Source: Candidatus Moraniibacteriota bacterium (GTDB taxonomy: Bacteria > Patescibacteriota > Minisyncoccia > Moranbacterales > UBA11712). From it: a stretch of DNA of 58,234 bases. Shown in pieces: positions 49,152 through 58,234 of the stretch. The translations under genes were made by a program, and so were the position numbers. Under the pieces are notes generated by a model. It was not told the DNA's origin. It worked only from the letters and a program-made list of their open reading frames with translations, and did no database searches. The stretch spans positions 1-58,234 of the forward strand of contig JAUXSN010000055.1 in NCBI GenBank assembly GCA_030679895.1. The letters run 5' to 3'. Positions within the stretch are counted from its first letter, which is position 1; each line of letters begins with the position of its first letter.

Positions 49152-49196
49152 GATGGCTCTCCCTCGCGATTTTAAGGAGCTATTCGCTCTTTATAT

Positions 49197-52133
49197 TTAA
49201 ACCCTTTTGAGCCACACTTTGATAGCTTCCGCTTCCAGATCCAAAAGTTCGGAAATATCGGCGTCGGTTTTTTCGTCTTCCGTTTCTATCGCTCCCGTCG
49301 CCAGAACTTCCCGAGCTATCAAATCGCCGAATTTTTCAAAAATAGCGGTTCCCCCTTTATAGTACACATTTATCCTGTCGTCAACCTGGAATCCGGCATG
49401 TTTGCGAAGCTCTTGGATTCTTCTCACAATTTCGCGCGCCTCCCCTTCCAGCCGCAAATCATCCGAAATCGCCGTGTCGAGGCCGATCATCCAGTTTCCT
49501 TCTTTCTCGGTATAAATGCCGGCTTTCATTTCAACCGATCCGTAAAACTTGATTTCTTTTACGTTTACTTCGTCCTTTATCAGGTTCGCTAAATCTTCGT
49601 CCACCGGCTGATTGATTTGCAGCTCGGAAAGCGGCTGGCGGACTTTGATTCCCGCTTTCGCTCTCGCCGCCAGTCCCAGTTTCACAAACCGGCGCGTGAT
49701 CTGCATTTGCTCGTTGAGTTCCTTATCAATCAACTTTTCATTTTCTGCGGGAAAATTCGCCAAGTGAACAGAATCTTCTCCCGAGAGATTCTTATAGACT
49801 TCCTCCGCGACAAACGGCGTGAAGGGCGCCATCAGTTTCGAAAGCTCCGTTAAAACGTAGTGCAAAGTTTCATATGCCTGTTTTTTGTCCTCGTCATTCT
49901 CGCTTTTCCAGAATCTCTTCCGGCTCCGGCGGATATACCAATTGGAAAGATTATCAATAAACACCGGAAACAACCTTGCTGCTTTATTTAACTCATAATT
50001 CTCCATGTGCTGATTGACGTTTTTGATCAAGCTGTTCAGCTCTGAAATGATCCACTTGTCGAGCAAGTTCCCAAGGTCCGACCTTGAGACGTTCCCAAGG
50101 TCCGACCTTGGTTCGAACTTATCTATATTCGCGTAAAGCACGAAAAATGAATACGTATTCCAAAGCATCCGGAACATTCCTTTGAAAATATCTTTTAGAT
50201 CTTCATCGTTGAAGTTCAAATTTTCTCCTCCCATGAGGGGAGACTGCATCAGATAAAATCTAAAAGCATCGGCGCCGTATCGGTCGATCAGGATATTCGG
50301 ATCAGTGAAATTTCCAAGCGACTTCGACATCTTCTTTCCGTCGCTTCCGGCGATCGTTCCAGTCGTGACCGCGTTCAAGAAGCTTGACTTTCCAAAGAGA
50401 CCGACGGAAAGCACGTGAAGCGTATAAAACCAGCCCCTTGTTTGAGCAATATATTCGGAAATAAACTGAGCGGGAAATCTGTTCTTGAATTCTTCTTTAT
50501 TTTCAAAAGGATAATGAAATTCAGCAAATGGCATCGACCCCGATTCAACCCAGCAATCAAAAACATCCGATATTCTTTTCATCACTCCGCCGCACTTTTC
50601 GCAGGGAAAAGTTATCTCGTCAATCATCGGCCGATGATAGTCTTCGAGTCTCTTTCCGGATAGCTTTTCCAGTTCTCCAAACGACCCGATTATTTTCGCG
50701 TTGTTACATTCCAAAGCTTTGCGCTTTGAGCTTTGCGCTTTGAGCTTATTCTCGCACTCCCAAATCGGCATAGGCGTTCCCCAAAAACGGGAGCGGGAAA
50801 CATTCCAATCGGGAGCCGTTTCAAGACCATTCTTAAATCTTCCTTCTTTGAGATGCGCCGGATGCCAGTTAATTTTTTCATTTTCGTCAAGCAATTTTTT
50901 CTTGAGATCGGAAATCTTGATAAACCACGCCGGTTGAACCATGTATATGAGTTTCGTGTGGCAACGATAGCAAAACGGATAAGAATGAGAGATATTTTCT
51001 TTTTTAAAAACAAGGCCCTGTTCGGCGATATGCTTTAATATTTTAAAATTCGCTTCCCAGACATTTTCACCAGCCCATTTTCCATCTTTGAATTTTCCTT
51101 CGTCGTCCACATTTTCAATGATGGGTAAATTTTTTTCTTTTCGCGTTCGAAAGTCATCTTCCCCGAAAGCCGGAGCTATGTGCACAATTCCCGTTCCTTC
51201 CTCCAGACTTACAAAATCACCGGAGACTACCCGATAACCGTTTTTAATTTTTTGAGGAAAAATCGGTTGATAGATAAGATTAACCAAATCTTTTCCTGTC
51301 ATTTCTTTTTCTATTTTATAATCTCCACTGATAATTTCTAGCCTTTCTTTGGCTAGAATATATTTTTCTCCGTCTTGTTTTACCAGTGCATAGATTGCAT
51401 TCGGATTGACGGCGATCGCGACATTCCCCGGCAATGTCCAGGGAGTAGTCGTCCATACTAAAAATTTTGCGGCTTTAAAATCCTCCTCATCTTCGATTTT
51501 CAATTTGAAATATACAGAAGCGTCTTGTACATCACGATAGCTCGAATCCATAGCAATTTCAAAATTGGAAAGCGGCGTCGCGCAACGCGGGCAATAAAGA
51601 GAAATTCGAGAATCTTTATATACCAGTTTTTTATTGTGCAACTCTTTGAATCCCCACCAGACTGATTCCATAAAATCGTTGTCCATCGTCTTGTAGGAAT
51701 TGTCAAAATCTACCCAGCGCCCGATTCGGCGAATGGTTTTCCGCCATTCGTCCGCGAATTGCAGAACTGTATTTCTAGCCTCATCGTTGAATTTAGCGAT
51801 ATTTTTTTCGATGTCTTTTTTTCCTTTGTAGTCGAATTTTTTTTCAATAATATTTTCAATCGGCAGGCCGTGCGTATCCCATCCCCAGCGGCGCGGCACA
51901 TTATATCCCTTCATCGTCCAGTACCGAGGAACTACATCTTTCGAGGTCGAGGCTAAAAGATGGCCGTGGTGAGGCAGGCCCGTCGCGAACGGCGGACCGT
52001 CATAAAAAGAATAGAGCTCCGCATCCTTGCGGTTCTCCAAAGATTTTTCGAATATTTTATTCTCTTCCCAGAATTTGAGGATATTTTCCTCCATTTCAGG
52101 AAGGGATTGTTTTGGATCGACAGGTTTCAACAT
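49197..52133 (-). CDS. ileS: Isoleucine--tRNA ligase, type 2 (archaeal/eukaryote-like)
   Basis: FYDGPPFATGLPHHGH, WTTTPWTLP, QTRGWFYTL, KMSKS, no C-terminal FPG-type zinc finger. Confidence 0.97.
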   Translation of the reverse strand: MLKPVDPKQSLPEMEENILKFWEENKIFEKSLENRKDAELYSFYDGPPFATGLPHHGHLLASTSKDVVPRYWTMKGYNVPRRWGWDTHGLPIENIIEKKFDYKGKKDIEKNIAKFNDEARNTVLQFADEWRKTIRRIGRWVDFDNSYKTMDNDFMESVWWGFKELHNKKLVYKDSRISLYCPRCATPLSNFEIAMDSSYRDVQDASVYFKLKIEDEEDFKAAKFLVWTTTPWTLPGNVAIAVNPNAIYALVKQDGEKYILAKERLEIISGDYKIEKEMTGKDLVNLIYQPIFPQKIKNGYRVVSGDFVSLEEGTGIVHIAPAFGEDDFRTRKEKNLPIIENVDDEGKFKDGKWAGENVWEANFKILKHIAEQGLVFKKENISHSYPFCYRCHTKLIYMVQPAWFIKISDLKKKLLDENEKINWHPAHLKEGRFKNGLETAPDWNVSRSRFWGTPMPIWECENKLKAQSSKRKALECNNAKIIGSFGELEKLSGKRLEDYHRPMIDEITFPCEKCGGVMKRISDVFDCWVESGSMPFAEFHYPFENKEEFKNRFPAQFISEYIAQTRGWFYTLHVLSVGLFGKSSFLNAVTTGTIAGSDGKKMSKSLGNFTDPNILIDRYGADAFRFYLMQSPLMGGENLNFNDEDLKDIFKGMFRMLWNTYSFFVLYANIDKFEPRSDLGNVSRSDLGNLLDKWIISELNSLIKNVNQHMENYELNKAARLFPVFIDNLSNWYIRRSRKRFWKSENDEDKKQAYETLHYVLTELSKLMAPFTPFVAEEVYKNLSGEDSVHLANFPAENEKLIDKELNEQMQITRRFVKLGLAARAKAGIKVRQPLSELQINQPVDEDLANLIKDEVNVKEIKFYGSVEMKAGIYTEKEGNWMIGLDTAISDDLRLEGEAREIVRRIQELRKHAGFQVDDRINVYYKGGTAIFEKFGDLIAREVLATGAIETEDEKTDADISELLDLEAEAIKVWLKRV
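50067..50110. repeat. 24-bp-period direct repeat of a CCG-triloop hairpin inside ileS
   Basis: gttcccaaggtccgaccttg twice; encodes RSDLGNVSRSDLGN. Confidence 0.9.
50717..50747. repeat. CTTTGCG/CTTTGAG heptamer array inside ileS
   Basis: Encodes KLKAQSSKRKA; 20-mer ctttgcgctttgagcttatt is identical to intergenic 2843-2862. Confidence 0.85.
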
Positions 52134-52230
52134 AACAAAAAATATTATCTAAACCCCTTTAGACATTTAACCTTTATTTTTGACAATCGTCAACTTCGTT
52201 GAGCATGTAAAGTTTAGGGAGTCTGTTCCC

Positions 52231-54609
52231 CTACCTCACCCTCACCTTCACTTTTCTTTTAGCCATGTTCCCGGCGCGGTCATAGGTGCGGATGATAAGC
52301 TTATGGCTGCCTTTTTTGAGGTTTTCCGGCAGGGTGAACTGGGCAATGGCGGATTGGGACTTTACTCCCCGGAAAGTCAGCCGGTAATGGTCGATTTGGT
52401 CGTTGTCTGTTGTGCTCCAGGTGATGGTATCTCCGGGGGAGGCATTGATTGTTTTGGGGAGGTTGGTGATCTTGGGATTCAATCTGTCGATGAGGATGGT
52501 ATAGGTGGGAGAAACCAGGAGGACTTGTTTGTCTTTGTTGAGGTATTTGAATTGATAGGTATGGGTTTGGTTCTTCCTGGGTTTAGTGCGGAATCGGTAG
52601 CGGTGGTTTTTGTTGATTTTGACGTTCTTGAGGAGTTTTCCGTCCTGGAAGATCTGGACAATGGTGGCCGTGGAGAGGTTTTCCACCTTGCCGGAGAAAA
52701 CCAGGTAGGGAGATCTGAGAGTGATCTGGTTGTCTGGATCGAGGTTGAGGGTGGTGTGGTTGCCGATCTTGATGACTGGAGTGTAGGTGGAATTGGAGAA
52801 GTTGAGGGTGAGACTGTGAAGAACAGGAGTCTGATTTTGGTCGGTGGTGGAAAGGGTGGCTCGGTATTGGATGTAACGGGCGTCTCTGGAAGCTATGGAG
52901 TCAGAGGCGTCTTTCCAGTCTTCCCAAGTATCGTCGGGTGTAGGAGTGTCCCCGACTCTGGTTTGGTAGGTGATGGAGGTATTGGCGGGTTTTGTGGCGT
53001 CTTCGGTGAGGGCTCCCCATTGACTGGTGTTTCCGGAGTCGAGGACGGGAGAGGTGAAGAGGCCGGATGTTCCATATAATCCTTCAGATTCACGGGCGTA
53101 CTTAATTTCAACGCTGTTGAGACTGGGGGTGATGGAAGTGTTGTTGGTGGAAAGGACCGCTTTGTACCGGAGGCTATAGGCGGAGTTTACGGGGAGATAG
53201 TGAGTTCCCTCTTCTGTTCCGAGGCTTTCGTAGGTTTTTCCTGAGTCGAGGGAGTAAAGAAGCTCCACTGAAGTTCCGCTTGGGGTGGTGGAGTCCCAGT
53301 TTATTGAGGAGTAGAATTCTTTTTGGTAGGCGTCGGAGAGATAGGTGGTGGGAAGTTTGTAGACGTCGTCGGCGGAATTCCAATCAGTATCTTTTCCGCC
53401 GATAATGAAGATGTCGCCGTTGACGATTTGGGCGGCAGTGCGATGAAGCGATAAGGGAAGGTCAGTTAATTTGTTCCAGGAGTCGGTTTCCGGATTATAG
53501 ATTAAAATATCGTCAACAGGATCCCAGTCATTATTTGTCCCCCCGATAACGAGCATTTTACCATCGATAATAGCTGAGGAAAGTCCAGACCTGGCTTCCG
53601 GCATGGAAGCTTTGGTTTCCCAGGTATCAGTAGCTATATCATATACTTCTAGAATATTAGTGAACGTATAATCATCTCCACCTCCCGCTACATATATTTT
53701 TCCTCCAATGGCTTGCGCCGTGACACCCTGGCCTCTGGGCGTCGGCATTGGCGTTTTAGTTTCCCAGGTATTGCTTGTCGGGTCATATACTTCAACAGTG
53801 TCAAATGATTCGCCCCAATCACCTGACTTTCCTTCCGATCCGCCAATTACGTATAATTTTCCATCAAAAACCGCAGAAGCTGGCCCTGTCCTTGCTGTGG
53901 GCATTGAGGCTTTGGTTTCCCAGGTATTACTTGAAGGATTATAGATCTCGAGAGTTGCCATGGAGTTCCAGTCTTTATCTCGTCCTCCAACGACATAGAG
54001 TTTTCCGTCAATGACAGCCGAAGCAGGAGTTACTCTTGGCTCTGAAAGCGAAGCTTTGTCTGTCCAGGTGTCATTTTCCGGATCATACATTTCCATAGTT
54101 GCCTGATCATCCCAATCCTTTGTGCCGCCTGCCACGTATATTTTTCCATCTATCACTCCGGAGGAGGAGGCAATTCGGGCTGTGCCCATTGAGGTTTTGG
54201 TTTGCCAAAAGGTACCTGCACGATCAATATTTTTACTTATATATAAACCTTGCTCATTAAAACCATTCCCTAAATTAATTACATTTATGCCTCCCCCATC
54301 AGTTACGACATATAGGAGATTATTTGCATGGTCGATAAAAGTATTGCGGATACGATTGCAATTCAAGCCTGGCGTAGAATTAGAGTCATAAAACTTGTGC
54401 AGAACATCATCTGATGGATCCTTATTACCCTTAGTATCTACCACAGACAAACCACTAGTTTGATAACCATCGTAGGTTCCGATGTAGAGAAGATTTCCAT
54501 CGACTAACACGTGGGTAACATTATTGAAAGTCAATGCGGGGCTAGAAGCAGTTGTGAAATTAGTAACTAATGCATCATCAGAGGTATCTTTGGTTCCCTT
54601 CGTGTCCAC
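52231..54609 (-). CDS. 3' part of a frameshifted surface protein: propeller repeats, Kelch propeller, FN3/Ig-like and basic C-terminal domains
   Basis: Six Kelch repeats (GKIYVAGG...E.YDP..DTW); frame continues from 54578..55735 across a TA tract. Confidence 0.85.
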   Translation of the reverse strand: MDTKGTKDTSDDALVTNFTTASSPALTFNNVTHVLVDGNLLYIGTYDGYQTSGLSVVDTKGNKDPSDDVLHKFYDSNSTPGLNCNRIRNTFIDHANNLLYVVTDGGGINVINLGNGFNEQGLYISKNIDRAGTFWQTKTSMGTARIASSSGVIDGKIYVAGGTKDWDDQATMEMYDPENDTWTDKASLSEPRVTPASAVIDGKLYVVGGRDKDWNSMATLEIYNPSSNTWETKASMPTARTGPASAVFDGKLYVIGGSEGKSGDWGESFDTVEVYDPTSNTWETKTPMPTPRGQGVTAQAIGGKIYVAGGGDDYTFTNILEVYDIATDTWETKASMPEARSGLSSAIIDGKMLVIGGTNNDWDPVDDILIYNPETDSWNKLTDLPLSLHRTAAQIVNGDIFIIGGKDTDWNSADDVYKLPTTYLSDAYQKEFYSSINWDSTTPSGTSVELLYSLDSGKTYESLGTEEGTHYLPVNSAYSLRYKAVLSTNNTSITPSLNSVEIKYARESEGLYGTSGLFTSPVLDSGNTSQWGALTEDATKPANTSITYQTRVGDTPTPDDTWEDWKDASDSIASRDARYIQYRATLSTTDQNQTPVLHSLTLNFSNSTYTPVIKIGNHTTLNLDPDNQITLRSPYLVFSGKVENLSTATIVQIFQDGKLLKNVKINKNHRYRFRTKPRKNQTHTYQFKYLNKDKQVLLVSPTYTILIDRLNPKITNLPKTINASPGDTITWSTTDNDQIDHYRLTFRGVKSQSAIAQFTLPENLKKGSHKLIIRTYDRAGNMAKRKVKVRVR

Positions 54610-55735
54610 TACTGATAGTCCAGAACTTGTACATATATATATATAGCAGATTATCTGATTGATTTAAATACACATAACCTACACTGTTTCCAATAATGGC
54701 TGGCGATGTAGATGTATTATAAGTCTTCACTACTAAGTCAGTATTTATGTCAAGAACTGAAAGACCGTTGTTCGTGCTGACATAAAGCAAGTCATTGGCT
54801 TCATCAAACAAAACTTGAGAGATGCTATTACCGGCAATAGCCGGAGTTGACGATGTTCTATAGGTTTTGATTAGAACATCATCTGCTGGATCAACTGTCC
54901 CCTTCGTGTCGATCACAGATAGTCCATTGCCCGTGGAAACATACAACCGATTCCGTTGGGTATCAAGATATGAAGAATTGATTTCGTTACTAGCAATGGC
55001 GGGAGTGGAAGTCGTAGAATATCTAATAACTAAAGTATCGTCCGATGGATCTTTTGTTCCTTGGGTATTGATAACTGATAGCCCTCCAGGACCAGTGCTT
55101 CCATATGTAATGGTGCTCACGTAAAGGAGATTATGATCCTTATCAAGGAAGGAGTGTAAAACTACATTACTGCCAATAGCCGGATTTGTATCCACCCTAT
55201 AATTCATGACTAGCGTGTCGTCATTGGGAAGAGGGGTGCCTTTCGTATCAAGCACTGACAATCCCCCCAAATCAGTTCCGTAATATACAGGCCAACCCCA
55301 AGTACTGACATAAATGAGATTATCTGAAAAATCTGCAAAAGCGTGCATTGCATATTGATGACCTATGGCTGGAACGGTGTCTGAACTATAATAATAGGTA
55401 TATCCTTTACCAAGTGTTAGCTCACTGTCTTCACTCTCTGAAATGTTAGTTCTGTTATAGCCTGAGTCTGGTTGAATATCTCCTCTCTCAAAATCCTCTT
55501 TCGTCGTCTCCGTATAGGTATTGAGGTTCTGTTTGAGTTTCACATCCCCCGGCGCTTGGTTGAGCTCGAGGGTGTTGTCGACGGCTCCAGCTTGGAAATC
55601 AGCTTGGGTGTCTTGGATAATCTGTCCACTAGCCGCATTCGCTTTCTTAGTCTGCAAGGGATAAGGAAAAACAATCGCTAGGGTCAAAAGCAGTGCTGAA
55701 AATATTTTTATTCTTTTTTTTCTTTGTCTTTTCAT
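54578..55735 (-). CDS. 5' part of the same surface protein: signal peptide plus LVIVD-like propeller repeats
   Basis: Signal peptide ending ANAA; repeats NLLYVST..GLSV.DT.GT.DP.DD; reading frame derails at LLYIYMY. Confidence 0.85.
   Translation of the reverse strand: MKRQRKKRIKIFSALLLTLAIVFPYPLQTKKANAASGQIIQDTQADFQAGAVDNTLELNQAPGDVKLKQNLNTYTETTKEDFERGDIQPDSGYNRTNISESEDSELTLGKGYTYYYSSDTVPAIGHQYAMHAFADFSDNLIYVSTWGWPVYYGTDLGGLSVLDTKGTPLPNDDTLVMNYRVDTNPAIGSNVVLHSFLDKDHNLLYVSTITYGSTGPGGLSVINTQGTKDPSDDTLVIRYSTTSTPAIASNEINSSYLDTQRNRLYVSTGNGLSVIDTKGTVDPADDVLIKTYRTSSTPAIAGNSISQVLFDEANDLLYVSTNNGLSVLDINTDLVVKTYNTSTSPAIIGNSVGYVYLNQSDNLLYIYMYKFWTISSGHEGNQRYL
54633..54645. repeat. (AT)n microsatellite at the frameshift
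   Basis: atatatatatata, 13 nt; 9 or 15 nt would restore the frame. Confidence 0.9.
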
Positions 55736-55761
55736 TTTTCATCTTTCTTTTAGCTGTTCCC

Positions 55762-58234
55762 CTACCTCACCCTAACCTTGGCTTTCCTTGTGGCTTTGTT
55801 TCCGGCTCGGTCATAGGCGCGGATGATAAGCTTATGGCTGCCTTTTTTGAGGTTTTCCGGCAGGGTGAACTGGGCAATGGCGGATTGGGACTTTACTCCC
55901 CGGAAAGTCAGTCGGTAATGGTCGATTTGGTCGTTTTCCCTCATTTGCCAGGTGATGGTGTCTCCGGCTTGGGCGTTGATTTTCTTGGCGGGCCCCAGGA
56001 ACTTGGGCTTCAGCTTGTCGACGAGAATATTGTATTCGGGGGAAGCGAGGATTTCTTCCAGGGTGTTCTTTTCCAGGTAGCGGAACTGGTAGGAGTGGGT
56101 TTGGTTTCTTTTGGGTTTGAGCTTGTAGCTCCATCTTAGGTTCTTTTTGAGCTTGACATTCTTTTTCAGTTTTCCGTCCTCATATATCTGGACAATGTCC
56201 CCTTTTTTGAGGTTGGGGATCTTTCCTCTGAAAGTGAGGGTTTGGTTTCGGAGGGAGACGGTTTCATTGGCGGAAAGGGAGTAGATCTTGTTTTTTCCTA
56301 TGCGTATAGTGGGTTTAAAGGTGGAGGCGGAATAATTGAGGGTCATTCCCTTTAAGACTGGGGTCTGGTTTTGGTCGGTGGTGGTGAAAGTAGCTTTGTA
56401 TTGGATGTATCTTGAGTCGGGAGAAGTTATGGGAGAAGCGGCGTCTTCCCAGCCGGACCAGACGGAATCCGGAGTCTCAGTGTCCCCGGTTCGGGTTTGG
56501 TAGGTAATGCCGGTTCCGGTTGGGATGGTTTCTTCGGTTTCGAGGGTTCCCCACTCGGCGATGTCTTCGGCATCCATGACGGAGGAGGTGTAGGTGCCGG
56601 AAGAGGATTCGAAGAGGTTTTCGGACGCCTGGGCGTATTTGAGCTCGACACTGTTGAGGCTTGGGGTGATGGAGGTGTCATTGGTCGTGAGGACTGCTTT
56701 GTACCTCAAGTTGTAAGCCGAGTTTATGGGGAGATAGTGGGTCCCCTCTTCGGTTCCGAGGCTTTCGTAGGTTTTGCCGGAATCGAGGGAATAGAACATC
56801 TCAACCGATGTTCCCGCGGGGGTAGTGGAATCCCAATTGAGCTGGGCGTAGGATTCTTTTTGAGAGAGATTGGAAGTATAATTCGAGCTGAGTAAAAAGT
56901 TAGTAGTAACACCTTCATTAGCATAATCGTTGGGTGCCCCTGTAATCACATAGAGATTATTATTCACAACTTGGGCTACTGGCCGATGCCGAATTGCTGG
57001 CAAGTTCGAAAAGTTACTCCATAAATTATCGACCGGGTTATAAAGGAAAATGCTGTCAGTCGAGTTCCAAGCAATATCCGTACCCCCAATGTACAAAAAA
57101 TTACCGTCGACGATCGCAGAGGTTCCGCCCGCTCTTTTGTCTGGCATAGAAGGACCAATAGTCCAGGAGTCGCTCTCCGCGTCATATATATATAGTTTTT
57201 CAGATAATACTCCGGAAACCTGGCCTCCGGCGACATATAGTTTGCTGCCGATGAATTGGGCAGTAGCTGAGTTTACCTTATCGGCGGGAATTGAAGCTTT
57301 GATTGTCCAAAAATCAGTGTCAGGATCATAGACTTCTAAACTTGTTTGGCCACTTCCCCATTCTTCAGAAGCTCCTCCAACTACATATAGTTTTCCGTCA
57401 TAAACTCCTCCAGCAGGACCAATCCTTACATTGGACATCGAGGACTTGGTCTCCCAGGTATTGGTATCCGGATTATAGACTTCAAGCGAATTTGTGGCAT
57501 TTCTTGAAATATCTTTACCTCCGACAACATACATTTTTCCATTAATAACTCCTGCCAATGGAGTATTTCGTTCAATTGACATGGGGGTTTTAGTCTCCCA
57601 CGAATCAGATTCTGTATTGTAAACATATAGTGTTTTTGTCAAAGTTGCACCTGTATCATATCCTCCAGTAATGTATATTTTTCCATTGATAGCGGCACTG
57701 GTGGCTCCCAACCTCGCACTAGGAAGCGCAACCTTGTTTTGCCATACATTTGTTTCTTCTCCATCGATGTTTCTTGTATAAATACCCTGATTGTTGTATG
57801 TATTAAGATTTACGACCGAAAGGCCGCCGCCATAAGTTGAGACATAGAGGAGGTTGTTCGTAGAATCGAGGAAGGAGTGGTAGACATAGTTGTTTCCGAT
57901 AGCCGGAGAAGTGGAAGTGGTATAGGTTTTAACAAGCGTGTCATCGGCGGGACTGACTGTCCCCTGGGTGTTCAGGACCGAAAGGCCGCCGTCATAAGTT
58001 GAGACATAGAGGAGGTTGTTCGTAGAATCGAGGAAGGAGTGGTAGACATTGTTATTTCCAATAGCCGGAGAAGTGGAAGTGGTATAGGTTTTAACAAGCG
58101 TGTCGTCGGCGGGATCGACTGTTCCCTGGGTGTTGATGACGGAGAGGCCGCCATAAGTTGAGACATAGAGGAGGTTGTGAGTGGAGTCGAGGAAGGAGTG
58201 GCGGACATAGTTATTTCCAATCGCGGGAGTTGTG
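55762..58234 (-). CDS. Paralogous propeller/Kelch surface protein (5' end lies beyond the window)
   Basis: The frame of ORF 55762..57711 stays open to 58233; same domain order and near-identical C-terminus as 52231..55735. Confidence 0.88.
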   Translation of the reverse strand, partial: TTPAIGNNYVRHSFLDSTHNLLYVSTYGGLSVINTQGTVDPADDTLVKTYTTSTSPAIGNNNVYHSFLDSTNNLLYVSTYDGGLSVLNTQGTVSPADDTLVKTYTTSTSPAIGNNYVYHSFLDSTNNLLYVSTYGGGLSVVNLNTYNNQGIYTRNIDGEETNVWQNKVALPSARLGATSAAINGKIYITGGYDTGATLTKTLYVYNTESDSWETKTPMSIERNTPLAGVINGKMYVVGGKDISRNATNSLEVYNPDTNTWETKSSMSNVRIGPAGGVYDGKLYVVGGASEEWGSGQTSLEVYDPDTDFWTIKASIPADKVNSATAQFIGSKLYVAGGQVSGVLSEKLYIYDAESDSWTIGPSMPDKRAGGTSAIVDGNFLYIGGTDIAWNSTDSIFLYNPVDNLWSNFSNLPAIRHRPVAQVVNNNLYVITGAPNDYANEGVTTNFLLSSNYTSNLSQKESYAQLNWDSTTPAGTSVEMFYSLDSGKTYESLGTEEGTHYLPINSAYNLRYKAVLTTNDTSITPSLNSVELKYAQASENLFESSSGTYTSSVMDAEDIAEWGTLETEETIPTGTGITYQTRTGDTETPDSVWSGWEDAASPITSPDSRYIQYKATFTTTDQNQTPVLKGMTLNYSASTFKPTIRIGKNKIYSLSANETVSLRNQTLTFRGKIPNLKKGDIVQIYEDGKLKKNVKLKKNLRWSYKLKPKRNQTHSYQFRYLEKNTLEEILASPEYNILVDKLKPKFLGPAKKINAQAGDTITWQMRENDQIDHYRLTFRGVKSQSAIAQFTLPENLKKGSHKLIIRAYDRAGNKATRKAKVRVR
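57831..58234. repeat. 159-162-bp coding tandem repeats (53-54 aa)
   Basis: Unit starts cataagttgagacatagaggaggttg at 57831, 57993 and 58152. Confidence 0.92.

Noticed and set aside
48170-49190. Prophage remnant
   Set aside because: No integrase, structural gene, tRNA target or att repeat is visible.
52134-52230. T-box leaders for ileS, leuS, metG or glyQS
   Set aside because: Upstream regions are short and lack the T-box consensus.
52180-53079. 299-aa plus-strand ORF and many other long antisense ORFs
   Set aside because: Shadow frames of real minus-strand genes caused by biased codon usage; no motifs.
57831-58234. CRISPR array
   Set aside because: Repeats are ~160-bp in-frame coding units without unique spacers, and there are no cas genes.

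Overview
Window from a small-genome bacterium that uses the standard bacterial code. The gene content and style (alpha2-type GlyRS, type-2 IleRS, short MetRS, HTH-TM giant surface protein, mostly SD-less leaders) suggest Patescibacteria/CPR, Parcubacteria-like; this is inference. Almost all genes are on the minus strand. They include a partial giant surface protein, a MacB-like ABC pair, a two-component pair, an amino-sugar cluster (glmS, yvcK, nucleotidyltransferase), leuS, two carbonic anhydrase classes, a complete F1Fo atp operon, tatD-metG-rsmI, peptidases, glyQS, tgt, recO, ileS and two tandem propeller/Kelch surface-protein paralogues. The most striking unexplained structure is a family of small paired-mini-hairpin and heptamer-repeat elements. 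They occur between genes and also as in-frame insertions in conserved enzymes (LeuRS, IleRS, Tgt, U32 family); the same 37-bp palindrome gives the peptide NGSLASTxEAKLP in three unrelated proteins. A GxxExxY gene with two in-frame TGA codons lies inside a ~40-bp terminal inverted repeat, and similar 'empty' inverted repeats fill the atp operon spacers. A (TA)n tract frameshifts one large surface-protein gene. No rRNA, tRNA, CRISPR array or transposase was recognised.
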